Below are positions 22,730-32,111 of a stretch of 56,576 bases of DNA, one piece after another. The stretch's first letter is position 1, and the number at the start of each line of letters is the position of its first letter. The notes beneath the pieces are model-generated. The model saw only the letters and a list, made by a program, of their open reading frames with translations. It was not told the origin of the DNA and ran no database searches. Position numbers and translations under genes: made by a program. Origin of the DNA: Tepidisphaerales bacterium (GTDB taxonomy: Bacteria; Planctomycetota; Phycisphaerae; Tepidisphaerales; Tepidisphaeraceae); contig JBBQKP010000001.1 in the NCBI GenBank assembly GCA_038326995.1, positions 1-56,576 of the forward strand. Reading direction: 5' to 3'.

Positions 22730-23095
22730 ATGAGCACACAGGAAACCGCCGATCGTCTGGTCATGTTTTGTCGCTCGGGTCAATACCACGAAGCGGTCGA
22801 TCACCTCTACCACGCCGACATCGTGTCGGTCGAATCTGCAGGCCCGCCCGGCGTGCCGCTCGAGCAGAAAGGGATTGAGGCGATCATAGGCAAGTTCAAG
22901 TGGTGGGACGAGACGTTCCAAGTCCACGGCGGGATGGTCAGCGACCCGATCGTGTCGGGCGAGTTCTTCGTCGTAAAGATGACGCTCGATGTCACGAACA
23001 AGCACACCGCAACGCGCGAGTTTATGTCCGAACTCTGCGTGTATCAGGTGAAGGAAGGCAAGATCGTGCACGAGCGATTCGTGTACGGAGCCTGA
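22730..23095 (+). CDS. SnoaL-like / NTF2-fold small protein
   Basis: About 121 aa, with a pattern typical of SnoaL-like domains (..Y..D.VSVE...G.EAI..KF.WW.....VHG..V..P...G..F.V........G......E..VY.V..GKIV.E.F.Y). Confidence 0.7.
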   Translation: MSTQETADRLVMFCRSGQYHEAVDHLYHADIVSVESAGPPGVPLEQKGIEAIIGKFKWWDETFQVHGGMVSDPIVSGEFFVVKMTLDVTNKHTATREFMSELCVYQVKEGKIVHERFVYGA

Positions 23096-23214
23096 TTTAA
23101 TTCGCGTACTGGGCCTTGGTCAAACAGGCGTTTCAACTGCTCTCCAGTTGAGAAATGGCTTGCCAGCCGGACCAGAGTTAAACTGCGCCCTAGTTATTCT
23201 AAGGTCATAACAAT

Positions 23215-24234
23215 TTACGGCCAGACCGGTGGGCTATCGAGCCCGAGTTCGGGTGCGAGTCCGAGCATAAGGTTGGCGTTCTGAATCGCCTGACCGGCCG
23301 CGCCTTTGCCGAGGTTGTCGATCACGCTGATCGCCATCACAAGATTTCGTGCGGGGTCTGCCGCGTAGTGCAGAAATGCGAGGTTCGACGCCGCGGCGAA
23401 TTTCGTGTGGGGCGGCGAATCAAGCACGCGAACGAACGGGCTGTTCTGGTAAAATTTTCGCGCGGCCGACTGACAATCTTCGCTCGTCACGCCTGCTGAC
23501 GGTCCGCGTGCTTGGCCTTCTGCCCGGCCGCGTGCGTAGATGGTGGCAAGGATGCCCCGAGTCATGGGAATGAGGTGCGGCGTGAAAACCAGGCCGGTGG
23601 ATGACTCGCTTTTAGGCTCGGACATCTGCCGAATCGTCTCCTCGATTTCCGGCATATGCGTGTGTTTCAACAGCCCATAGGCCATGAGATCTTCGTTGGT
23701 CTCGGCATATCCAAATTTATTATCGCCGCTGCCACGCCCCGCGCCCGACACGCCTGATTTCGCGTCGATGATGATCGATTCGGGCGAGATGAGTTTCGCG
23801 TAAAGAAGCGGCGCGAGTGCGGTGATGGACGCGGCCGGGTAGCAGCCCGGGTTGGCGACGCGCGTCGCGCCGCGAATTTTTTCCGGCCAGATATCCGCCA
23901 GGCCGTAAACCCATCCCGGGACATATCTGTGGTCGCCGCCGATATCGACGATGCGTGTTTCCTTGCGAACTTTCGCGAGTGGCTCGGCACTCTTTCCAGT
24001 CGGCAAAGACGCGAAGAGCACGTCGATTTCCGGCATGTTGTCGGCGTCGAATTTTTCGATGACGAGATCGCCGGTCTTCTTCGACAGGCCCGGGAATCGA
24101 TCGATGAGTTTTGATCCTGCCGATCCTTCGCCCGCGACGTAGACCAGGTCGAACTGTGGATGACGCGCGAGAAGTCGCAAAAGTTCTCCGCCGCCGTAGC
24201 CACTCACGCCCGCGATGCCGATGGTGTAACGCAT
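23215..24234 (-). CDS. argC: N-acetyl-gamma-glutamyl-phosphate reductase
   Basis: [27 protein letters not shown]..., active-site region NPGCYPAA, 339 aa. The longer listed ORF (to 24597) is an upstream extension with no homology. Confidence 0.93.
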   Translation of the reverse strand: MRYTIGIAGVSGYGGGELLRLLARHPQFDLVYVAGEGSAGSKLIDRFPGLSKKTGDLVIEKFDADNMPEIDVLFASLPTGKSAEPLAKVRKETRIVDIGGDHRYVPGWVYGLADIWPEKIRGATRVANPGCYPAASITALAPLLYAKLISPESIIIDAKSGVSGAGRGSGDNKFGYAETNEDLMAYGLLKHTHMPEIEETIRQMSEPKSESSTGLVFTPHLIPMTRGILATIYARGRAEGQARGPSAGVTSEDCQSAARKFYQNSPFVRVLDSPPHTKFAAASNLAFLHYAADPARNLVMAISVIDNLGKGAAGQAIQNANLMLGLAPELGLDSPPVWP

Positions 24235-24367
24235 GGTCCTGACTGTATCGGGATGTTCGATCGGCGCGAATGGCGGCGAACGCGCCAACATCGGCAGCGC
24301 ACAAATCAATTGTATAGTACTTCGCGCCATTGAGATTGAAGTCATCAGAGTTAGCGTTACATCAATC

Positions 24368-27115
24368 ATGAGCACTCTGAAGCCCTCGCCGACGGTCGAT
24401 CTCTCGCACGACATCCTTCGGCTGGAGAACTCACAGTCGCTTGATGCGATTTTCACGCCCAAAAATGTTGCGGTGATCGGCGCGACAGAAACGCCCAACG
24501 CGGTCGGCCGAACCGTGCTGTGGAACCTCGTGTCGAATCCTTTTGGCGGGACAGTTTTTCCGGTCAATCCGAAACGGCCGAGCGTGCTGGGCATCAAGAG
24601 TTATCCGAATATCGCAAGCGTGCCCGAGCGCGTGGACCTCGCGGTGATCGCGACGCCCGCGTCGACGGTGCCGGGCGTGATGAGGGAATGCGTCGCGGCA
24701 GGCGTGAAGGGGGCGATCGTCATCAGCGCGGGTTTTAAGGAGATGGGCGCGCCGGGCGTCGAGCTCGAACGCCAGCTTCACCACGAAGCCAAACTCGGGC
24801 GAATTCGGCTTATCGGCCCGAACTGTCTGGGCGTGATGAATCCGCTGACGGGGCTCAACGCGACGTTCGCCGGCGACATCGCCCGGCCGGGCCGGATTGC
24901 GTTTCTGAGTCAGTCGGGCGCACTCTGCACCGCGATCCTTGATTGGTCGTTTCGCGAAAAGGTCGGCTTCAGCAGCTTCGTCTCGACAGGCTCGATGCTG
25001 GATATCGGATGGGGCGATCTGATCGATTATTTTGGCAACGACGCGCGCACGAGCGCGATCCTGATTTATATGGAGAGCATCGGCGACGCCCGGGCATTTT
25101 TGTCGGCGGCGCGTGAAGTCGCTTTATCGAAACCGATCATCGTCATCAAGCCCGGCCGAACCGACGCCGCCGCGAAGGCTGCCGCATCGCACACCGGATC
25201 GCTCACGGGTTCGGACGACGTGCTCGACGCCGCGTTCAAGCGTGCGGGCGTCTTGCGTGTCAACACCATCGCCGAGCTTTTCTACATGGCCGAGGTGCTG
25301 GCGAAACAGCCCAGGCCCAGGGGAAATCGGCTGACGATTATTACCAATGCGGGCGGGCCCGGAGTGTTGGCGACGGACGCGCTGATCGGCGGCGGGGGTG
25401 AGCTGGCGACGCTCTCGAAAGAGACGCACGAAAAATTGAACGCCGTCCTTCCGCCGCAATGGAGCAGGAATAATCCGATCGATGTTCTGGGAGATGCCGG
25501 TGCGGATCGATATGCGAAGACGCTGGAGATCGCCGCGGATGACCCCAACAGTGACGGCCTGCTTGTGATCCTCACGCCGCAAGACATGACCCAGCCCACG
25601 CAGACGGCCGAGCTGCTGAAGCAATACGCCAGGACGGACGGCAAACCGATCCTCGCGAGCTGGATGGGCGGCCCGGACGTCGCGGGCGGCGAGGACATTC
25701 TCAATCGCGCCAACATTCCCACGTTCCCTTATCCCGACACTGCGGCGAAGACGTTCTGCTCGATGCACGCGTACGCGCAGAATTTGAAAGAGCTATACGA
25801 AACGCCGCGGCTGGATGAGGAGGCGGAGCATCCGGATTCGGCGCTCGTGCAGTCGATCATCGCCGGTGCGATGGCGCAGGGGCGAACGCTTCTGACGGAG
25901 TTTGAAAGCAAGCAATTGCTGCAGGCGTACCACATCACAACCGTGCCGACGTTTTTGGCTTCGACGAGAGAAGAGGCGGCGAGCTATGCGAAATCAATTG
26001 GCTTTCCGGTCGTGCTGAAGCTCGATAGTCGTGTCATCACACACAAGACCGACGTGGGCGGCGTGAAGCTGAACATCGCCAGCGAGAGCGAGGTGCGGAT
26101 GGTGTTCGACGACATGAAGCAGAGAATTCAGGCCATCGACGCGGCGGCGTTCGACGGCGTGACTGTGCAGCCCATGGTAAAGCTGAAGGACGCGTACGAG
26201 CTGATTCTCGGCAGCAGTATTGACTCGCAATTCGGCCCGGTTTTGCTTTTCGGCAGCGGCGGTGTGCTGGTGGAAGTCTTCAAGGATAAGCAGCTCGGCC
26301 TGCCGCCGCTGAACAACACGCTCGCCCGGCGAATGATCGAGGGCACGAAGATCAGCCATGCGCTCGCGGGCACGCGCGGCAGGGCGGGTGTTGATCTGCC
26401 GGCGCTCGAGCGTTTGATCGTGCGATTTTCGCGGCTCGTGATCGAGCACCGGCGAATTAAAGAGATCGACATCAACCCGCTGCTGGCGGGGCCGGACGGA
26501 ATTATCGCGCTCGACGCGCGTGTGGTGCTTCACGATGCGAGCGTGAAGGATAGTGATTTGCCGGTGAGTGCGATCAGGCCGTACCCGTCGCAATATGTTT
26601 CGCAAGAAACACTTCGCGATGGGACAGTCGTCGTGCTCCGGCCGATCAGACCCGAGGATGAGCCGCTGCTCGTTGGCTTTCACAATCAACTCAGTGAAGA
26701 GTCGGTTCGCATGAGATACTTCAGCCCGCTGAAGCTCGGCCAGCGCATCGCACACGAGCGGCTCGTGCGGGTTTGTTTCAATGACTACGACCGCGAGTGT
26801 GCGATCGTTGTCGAGCTCGAACGCGATGAGTCGAAGCAGATCGTCGCGGTCGGGCGACTCAGCAAAATCCCCGGAACGGGCGACGCCGAGTTTGCGATCC
26901 TGGTTTCTGACGCATTTCAGCGACAGGGATTGGGCTCGAAATTGCTGGAGACGCTGATCAGAATTTCGGAAGAGGAGAAGGTCGATCGTATCGTTGCGGA
27001 TATTCTGGTGGACAATCAGAACATGCAGTCGGTGTGCAAAAAGCATGGCTTTTTACTGCATCATGACATGGAAAATGGAACCGTCCGTGCGGAGCGTTTG
27101 GTGAAGAGACTGTGA
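24368..27115 (+). CDS. bifunctional ADP-forming acetyl-CoA synthetase-like / GNAT acetyltransferase (Pat-type protein acetyltransferase architecture)
   Basis: CoA-binding N-terminus ([21 protein letters not shown]), succinyl-CoA-synthetase-like flavodoxin domain, ATP-grasp ([10 protein letters not shown]), and a C-terminal GNAT ([19 protein letters not shown]). ATG 24368 is preferred. Confidence 0.88.
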   Translation: MSTLKPSPTVDLSHDILRLENSQSLDAIFTPKNVAVIGATETPNAVGRTVLWNLVSNPFGGTVFPVNPKRPSVLGIKSYPNIASVPERVDLAVIATPASTVPGVMRECVAAGVKGAIVISAGFKEMGAPGVELERQLHHEAKLGRIRLIGPNCLGVMNPLTGLNATFAGDIARPGRIAFLSQSGALCTAILDWSFREKVGFSSFVSTGSMLDIGWGDLIDYFGNDARTSAILIYMESIGDARAFLSAAREVALSKPIIVIKPGRTDAAAKAAASHTGSLTGSDDVLDAAFKRAGVLRVNTIAELFYMAEVLAKQPRPRGNRLTIITNAGGPGVLATDALIGGGGELATLSKETHEKLNAVLPPQWSRNNPIDVLGDAGADRYAKTLEIAADDPNSDGLLVILTPQDMTQPTQTAELLKQYARTDGKPILASWMGGPDVAGGEDILNRANIPTFPYPDTAAKTFCSMHAYAQNLKELYETPRLDEEAEHPDSALVQSIIAGAMAQGRTLLTEFESKQLLQAYHITTVPTFLASTREEAASYAKSIGFPVVLKLDSRVITHKTDVGGVKLNIASESEVRMVFDDMKQRIQAIDAAAFDGVTVQPMVKLKDAYELILGSSIDSQFGPVLLFGSGGVLVEVFKDKQLGLPPLNNTLARRMIEGTKISHALAGTRGRAGVDLPALERLIVRFSRLVIEHRRIKEIDINPLLAGPDGIIALDARVVLHDASVKDSDLPVSAIRPYPSQYVSQETLRDGTVVVLRPIRPEDEPLLVGFHNQLSEESVRMRYFSPLKLGQRIAHERLVRVCFNDYDRECAIVVELERDESKQIVAVGRLSKIPGTGDAEFAILVSDAFQRQGLGSKLLETLIRISEEEKVDRIVADILVDNQNMQSVCKKHGFLLHHDMENGTVRAERLVKRL

Positions 27116-27147
27116 AGTTAAAAGCTTGCGCCGAAGCAAACTTGCGA

Positions 27148-27561
27148 CTAGCGCGGAAGCGTGCGGAATTTCTTTTTGTACCGTTGCCACGAATAGATCG
27201 CGGGAATGATCATGAGCACGATGACGATGGTTCGATAGCGGACTCGGAGTCGGGTTGAACCTGTTGGAAGTTCGGCGGGGCCGACGGTTAGTTGGACGCC
27301 GACGAACTTGGCGATGGACTCTTCCCATGGGTCGATGGGAGGCACGCGAGCGAGCGACCATTGCCAGCCCGTCGGCGGCCTGTCGTCGGTCTGCACGAAG
27401 AACACGATGCGACCGAGAACCGAAGCACATCGAATGAGTTGCTCGCCACTTGATCGGAAGAACACATCGTTGCTCTGATGTGATCGCGCCCAAAACACGC
27501 ATAGGATCGCTGCCAGTAAAAGCGATGCTCGAGCCAGCGTCGGCCAGAGATATTGAAGCAT
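27148..27561 (-). CDS. hypothetical membrane protein (N- and C-terminal TM helices)
   Basis: MLQYLWPTLARASLLLAAILCVFWA... and ...YRTIVIVLMIIPAIYSWQRYKKK. Lies downstream of, and on the same strand as, glycerate kinase. The start is uncertain (ORF open to 27645). Confidence 0.55.
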   Translation of the reverse strand: MLQYLWPTLARASLLLAAILCVFWARSHQSNDVFFRSSGEQLIRCASVLGRIVFFVQTDDRPPTGWQWSLARVPPIDPWEESIAKFVGVQLTVGPAELPTGSTRLRVRYRTIVIVLMIIPAIYSWQRYKKKFRTLPR

Positions 27562-27657
27562 ACCTTGCTGCCCGAAAGCATCGGGGACGGTTGGGATCAA
27601 TGTCGTTTCGGTTGCATGCTTCAAGATGTGTAACTCTATGCACAATGAGCTCGGTAT

Positions 27658-28848
27658 TCACGTGAGCGACTTCGGCGCTTTTTCGCTGGTGATTATTGTG
27701 CTCTCGCGGGCGTCGAACAGCCGAGTCGCGTTAAAGGCGGCGTGACGCAGCAGCGGTGCGGCATCGCGGGTCGCTTCGTCGAGTGTCATCGGCCCGTCGC
27801 AGATCGACAACACGGCACTGAAGTCGAATTGATTCATGTCGAGCCCGCGCTCGATCGACCCGGCGATGACGACGCACGGCACGCCCAGCTCGGCGCACAA
27901 TCTCGCGACGCCCGAGGTGGTTTTTCCGAACGCGCTCTGATGATCGATTCGACCTTCTGCGGTGAAGCACAAATCTGCGCCGCGCAGGCGAGCTCGCAGG
28001 CGAGTCGTGTTGAGAACAAGGTCGATGCCGCTCTTTAGCGATGCAGAGAAGAACGCGAGCATACCGAACCCGAGTCCGCCCGCCGCACCGCTGCCGGGCG
28101 TGTCGGCGAGATCGAGCAGGCCGAGTCGGGTGGCAAGAGCGCGAAGCTCGGCGTCGAGCCATAAAACAGTTTCCGGCGAAGCGCCTTTTTGCGGACCATA
28201 AATCGCGGCACAACCGGTCGGCCCGAAGAGAGGATTGGTGACATCGCCGGCGACGATGATTTCCACACCATCGACGGGCGAGCCGCGATGGCTTTTGATC
28301 ATGAGAACATCAGGAAGATCTCGGCCGCAAAGGGGTTCGGTGATCGAGGCGTATTGACCCGACTGCAAAATCACATGGCAACCCGCCGCCTGAGCGCATC
28401 CGATGCCCGCGTCGGTGGTCGCGCTTCCGCCGATGCCGAGGAGGATACGTGTGCAGTTAAGCTCGGCGGCATGGCGAATGAGTTCGCCCGTGCCGAAGGT
28501 TGTGGTGGCGAGCGGGTCTCGCAAGTGCGGAGGAAGAAGGGTAAGCCCCGACGCGCTGGCCACCTCGATGACGGCGGTCTTGCGTCGGATTTCACCAGCT
28601 TCTTCCACAATGCCGAACGTCGCATCGATACGCATTTCTGGTAGTGGCCCGGTCACGCGATGGGTCACAAACGAACCCTTCATCGCGGTGGTGAGAGCGA
28701 GCACGAACCCTTCGCCGCCGTCGGCCAATGGACATTGGTCGATGGTCGCGCCGGGAATGGCGTGCGAGACGCCTGCGGCAATCGAGGCGGCGACTTCGAC
28801 GACGTTCAGCGAGCCTTTGAATTTATCGGGGGCAATCACGACCTTCAT
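27658..28848 (-). CDS. glxK: glycerate kinase
   Basis: MKVVIAPDKFKGSL... and the remainder is typical of the glycerate kinase family (GGSATTDAG, GEGRID.QS..GK). Confidence 0.9.
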   Translation of the reverse strand: MKVVIAPDKFKGSLNVVEVAASIAAGVSHAIPGATIDQCPLADGGEGFVLALTTAMKGSFVTHRVTGPLPEMRIDATFGIVEEAGEIRRKTAVIEVASASGLTLLPPHLRDPLATTTFGTGELIRHAAELNCTRILLGIGGSATTDAGIGCAQAAGCHVILQSGQYASITEPLCGRDLPDVLMIKSHRGSPVDGVEIIVAGDVTNPLFGPTGCAAIYGPQKGASPETVLWLDAELRALATRLGLLDLADTPGSGAAGGLGFGMLAFFSASLKSGIDLVLNTTRLRARLRGADLCFTAEGRIDHQSAFGKTTSGVARLCAELGVPCVVIAGSIERGLDMNQFDFSAVLSICDGPMTLDEATRDAAPLLRHAAFNATRLFDARESTIITSEKAPKSLT

Positions 28849-29064
28849 CGCCGGCAGTGTAGCAAGACTGCATTCCTAGACATCTCACTCATCAATCAGT
28901 TGAGGAGTCCGTGTGATCGGGCGGGGTAATCAGACTCGGATATGATCTGTGGTCAATCGCGTCATTTGATACTGGACACGTATAGGTAAAAGACCGTAAC
29001 GAAAGTTTCGCACCGCCCGGGGTTTACGCTATGCTGCAAAGAAGAACTGAACCAGGAGAACTCC

Positions 29065-29370
29065 ATGCAAGTCGTCGTATCGTCTCGACACATGACCGTG
29101 TCCGCCGCCTTGAAAGAGTTTGCGGAGAAGAAGGCGGGAAAACTGACTCGATACTACGACCGCATTCAGGAGATAGAGGTGGTAGTGGATACGGCGGAGA
29201 AGGGTGATCAGTCGGTGGAAATGATCGTCAATGCGGAGCATAAGGGACTGTTTATCGCGAAAGATCGCGGACCTGACGCGTACGCGTGCGTTGACAACTG
29301 TGTCCAGAAATTAGAACGACAACTGACGGACCATAAAGAGCGTCTGCGCAACCGCAAACACCCGGAATAG
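29065..29370 (+). CDS. hpf: ribosome hibernation promoting factor (short HPF / sigma-54 modulation protein family)
   Basis: MQVVVSSRHMTVSAALKEFAEKKAGKLTRYYDRI.EIEVVVD..., with GGAGA 5 nt upstream of the ATG. Confidence 0.9.
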   Translation: MQVVVSSRHMTVSAALKEFAEKKAGKLTRYYDRIQEIEVVVDTAEKGDQSVEMIVNAEHKGLFIAKDRGPDAYACVDNCVQKLERQLTDHKERLRNRKHPE

Positions 29371-29376
29371 AACGCC

Positions 29377-29844
29377 ATGAAGCTACAGGATTTTATCGTA
29401 ACCGACGCAATTACGCCGCAGTTGCAAGCCACTGATCGTGACAAACTCATCGAGGAATTGGTGAACACGCTGGCGGCCTCGGGTGCTCTTGATGCCGAAT
29501 CCGTGCCGGAAGTGGTTCAGGCATTGCTCAAGCGCGAGCGAAATGGCTCGACCGGCTTCGGCAAGGGCGTGGCCGTTCCGCACTGCAAGCACGCGAAGGT
29601 CAAGACGCTCGTCGGGACTGTCGGCATCTCCGCCAAGGGAGTCGACTTCTCCGCGCTCGACAAGCAGCCAGTATACATCGTGTTTGTCGTGCTCTCGCCG
29701 GAGGGCGCGACACAGCAGCACCTTTCGGCTATGGACCTCATCTTCCGTAATCTGCAGAACGATCGGTTTCGCAAATTTCTCAGGCAGTGCGGCGACAAAC
29801 AGGCCGTCATCGACTTAATCCAGGAGACAGACACCAATGCCTGA
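29377..29844 (+). CDS. ptsN: PTS EIIA-Ntr type regulatory protein
   Basis: EIIA type-2 fold with the phosphorylation-site His in GKGVAVPHCKH; 155 aa; immediately follows hpf. Confidence 0.88.
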   Translation: MKLQDFIVTDAITPQLQATDRDKLIEELVNTLAASGALDAESVPEVVQALLKRERNGSTGFGKGVAVPHCKHAKVKTLVGTVGISAKGVDFSALDKQPVYIVFVVLSPEGATQQHLSAMDLIFRNLQNDRFRKFLRQCGDKQAVIDLIQETDTNA

Positions 29845-30262
29845 CTCATCTTTAAGCGACTCATCGTACCCTGAAAGTAATCTTCGAGATGCAAATGTCT
29901 CTGGGGAATGGGCCGCTTCGCAAAACACTTCAACACCAATAAATATGCCGGGCAACATGTCGAGTGACACGCTGGCGAGTGAAGTTGTTCGAGATGTTAT
30001 CGTTAAGAACGAGAACGGCCTGCACGCCCGGCCTGCGGTAAAGTTCGCGGACATCGCCAATCGATTTAGCAGCGACGTTCACGTCCATCGACATGCCGAC
30101 GAGGCGAGCGAAGCCGTCGACATTGATGGAAAAAGCGTCATGCAGCTTCTTACCCTCATGGCCCTTCCTGGAACGAAACTGACCATCCGCGCCCAGGGCA
30201 TTGATGCGGGCTCTGCGGTGGATGAACTCGTAAAACTGATAGACGACAATTTCGGGGAGTAG
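29837..30262 (+). CDS. ptsH: HPr/NPr phosphocarrier protein, possibly with a ~45-aa Ser-rich N-terminal extension
   Basis: His15 motif NGLHARPA and Ser46 motif GKSVMQLLTL. ATG 29837 overlaps the ptsN stop (ATGCCTGA). Alternative in-frame ATGs at 29945 and 29957 would give a canonical-size HPr. Confidence 0.85.
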   Translation: MPDSSLSDSSYPESNLRDANVSGEWAASQNTSTPINMPGNMSSDTLASEVVRDVIVKNENGLHARPAVKFADIANRFSSDVHVHRHADEASEAVDIDGKSVMQLLTLMALPGTKLTIRAQGIDAGSAVDELVKLIDDNFGE

Positions 30263-30335
30263 TAATAGCCAGCAACGACTAACAACCATAAAAGACCTCA
30301 CTAGCCGAACACTCTAACTCAAAACTGATTTCAAG

Positions 30336-32072
30336 ATGGAGCTACTGAAAGGCGTAGCAGCAGCACCCGGCGTGGCCATCGCCACCGCGGTCGTGCTTGA
30401 CGCCGACGACATCGCAGTCCCCAAACGCCCGATCGCATCGCAGCAAGTCGACGCGGAGCTTGCTCGTCTGCGCGTCGCGCTTGAGGCCGCCAGAGCGGAA
30501 GTGGATGAGCTTCGTCGCAACGTGACTGCAAGCCACGGCCAGGAAATCGGCGCAGTGTTTGATTTCCACCTGAGCTTGTTGCGTGACAAGTCGATGATCG
30601 GGCAGATCGAGCAGGCGATCAGCAAGCAGCTCGTCACCGCCGAGCACGCGACCAGCCTCGTATTGCGCCGTGTCGCCGCCACGTTCGCAAAGATGTCCGA
30701 CCGGTATTTTTCAGAGCGAGTCAAGGATCTTTTTGATGTCGAAAAGCGAATTCTTCGCACGCTGATCGGGCAGCAGCGTGAACAGCTTTCACACCTTGAT
30801 CGTGAAGTGATTGTCATCGCACACGACCTCTTGCCGAGCCAGACGGCGCAGCTCGATCGCAAGTGGGTTCGCGGTTTCGCGTGCGAGGTGGGCGGGCGAA
30901 CGTCACACACCGCCATCGTCGCGCGGGCGATGTCGATTCCCGCCGTCGTCGGGCTCGGCAATGTCGCTTCGGTCGTGAACCCGGGCGACACGCTCATCAT
31001 CGACGGAACGCACGGCGTGGTGGTGGTCAATCCCACCGCAGAACAGCTTGTCGATTATCAGCAGCGCGTAATCCTTCAGCAGAAATTTGAGCTGGATCTC
31101 GCGAGCCTGCGCGATCTTCCGGCCGTCACACGCGACGGCCATCACATCACGCTCCAGGCGAATATCGAGTTCCCGCATGAAGTAGACGAATCACTCGAAC
31201 GCGGCGCGACGGGCGTTGGGCTCTATCGCACCGAGTTTCTTTATCTCGGCCGCGATACCGAGCCGACGGAAGAAGACCACTACGCCGCTTACAAGTACGT
31301 GGTTGAGCGCATGAAAGGTCGGCCGGTCGTTCTTCGTACGCTCGATCTTGGTGCCGACAAATATGATCCCAGGCACGTGAACGATGAAGCGAATCCGTTT
31401 CTGGGCAATCGCAGCATCCGCATGTGCCTGACGTCCGTGCCGATGTTCACCGCACAGCTTCGCGCGATCCTTCGCGTTGGCATTCTCGGCGACGTGCGAC
31501 TCATGTTCCCGATGATCACGACGATGCCCGAACTCAGGCAGGCGACGATGATTCTGAAGGACGCTATGGACGAACTGGACGAGAATGAAATTCCGTACAA
31601 GCGGGACATTCCAGTCGGCATCATGGTCGAAGTGCCATCCGCGGCGATCATGGCCAGTTCGCTCGCTCGCGAAGCGAAGTTTTTCTCGATCGGCACGAAC
31701 GATCTCGTGCAATACACACTGGCCGTCGATCGCACGAACGAGAAAGTCGCGGGGCTTTACATACCCGGGCACCCGGCCGTGCTCACACTCATCAAAGACA
31801 CGATCCGCGCCGGTGCGCGGGCGGAAATTCCCGTGAGTGTTTGCGGCGAGATGGCGGGAGATCCGCTTTACACGCTCCTGCTCATGGGCCTGGGGTTGAC
31901 CACCTTCAGCATGAATTCACCTGATATTCCCGAGGTCAAACGCATCATTCGAAGTACGACGCTCTCGCACGCCAAAGAGGTGGCGCGGCGCGTCATGTCG
32001 TTCGATTCAGAACGGCAAATCAACAATTACCTGCGTGATGAAACACGCAAAATTTTGCCCGAAGTCGTGTAG
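30336..32072 (+). CDS. ptsI: phosphoenolpyruvate-protein phosphotransferase (PTS Enzyme I)
   Basis: GGRTSHTAIVARAMSIPAVVG (phospho-His), LRTLDLGADK, FFSIGTNDLVQYTLAVDR. At 578 aa it has no N-terminal GAF domain. Confidence 0.95.
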   Translation: MELLKGVAAAPGVAIATAVVLDADDIAVPKRPIASQQVDAELARLRVALEAARAEVDELRRNVTASHGQEIGAVFDFHLSLLRDKSMIGQIEQAISKQLVTAEHATSLVLRRVAATFAKMSDRYFSERVKDLFDVEKRILRTLIGQQREQLSHLDREVIVIAHDLLPSQTAQLDRKWVRGFACEVGGRTSHTAIVARAMSIPAVVGLGNVASVVNPGDTLIIDGTHGVVVVNPTAEQLVDYQQRVILQQKFELDLASLRDLPAVTRDGHHITLQANIEFPHEVDESLERGATGVGLYRTEFLYLGRDTEPTEEDHYAAYKYVVERMKGRPVVLRTLDLGADKYDPRHVNDEANPFLGNRSIRMCLTSVPMFTAQLRAILRVGILGDVRLMFPMITTMPELRQATMILKDAMDELDENEIPYKRDIPVGIMVEVPSAAIMASSLAREAKFFSIGTNDLVQYTLAVDRTNEKVAGLYIPGHPAVLTLIKDTIRAGARAEIPVSVCGEMAGDPLYTLLLMGLGLTTFSMNSPDIPEVKRIIRSTTLSHAKEVARRVMSFDSERQINNYLRDETRKILPEVV

Positions 32073-32111
32073 CTTTGCCGCGCGACCGGGCCCTACCGGA
32101 ACAGACTCATC

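Noticed and set aside
23133-23149. Hairpin caactg-ctctc-cagttg between the convergent SnoaL-like and argC genes
   Set aside because: The stem is only 6 bp and there is no flanking T-run on either strand, which is too weak to call a terminator.
24235-24597. Upstream extension of the argC ORF (to 24597) and of the Pat-like ORF (from 24233), which would overlap each other
   Set aside because: Homology for both proteins begins at the internal ATGs (24234 minus; 24368 plus). The extensions have odd composition and are mutually overlapping.
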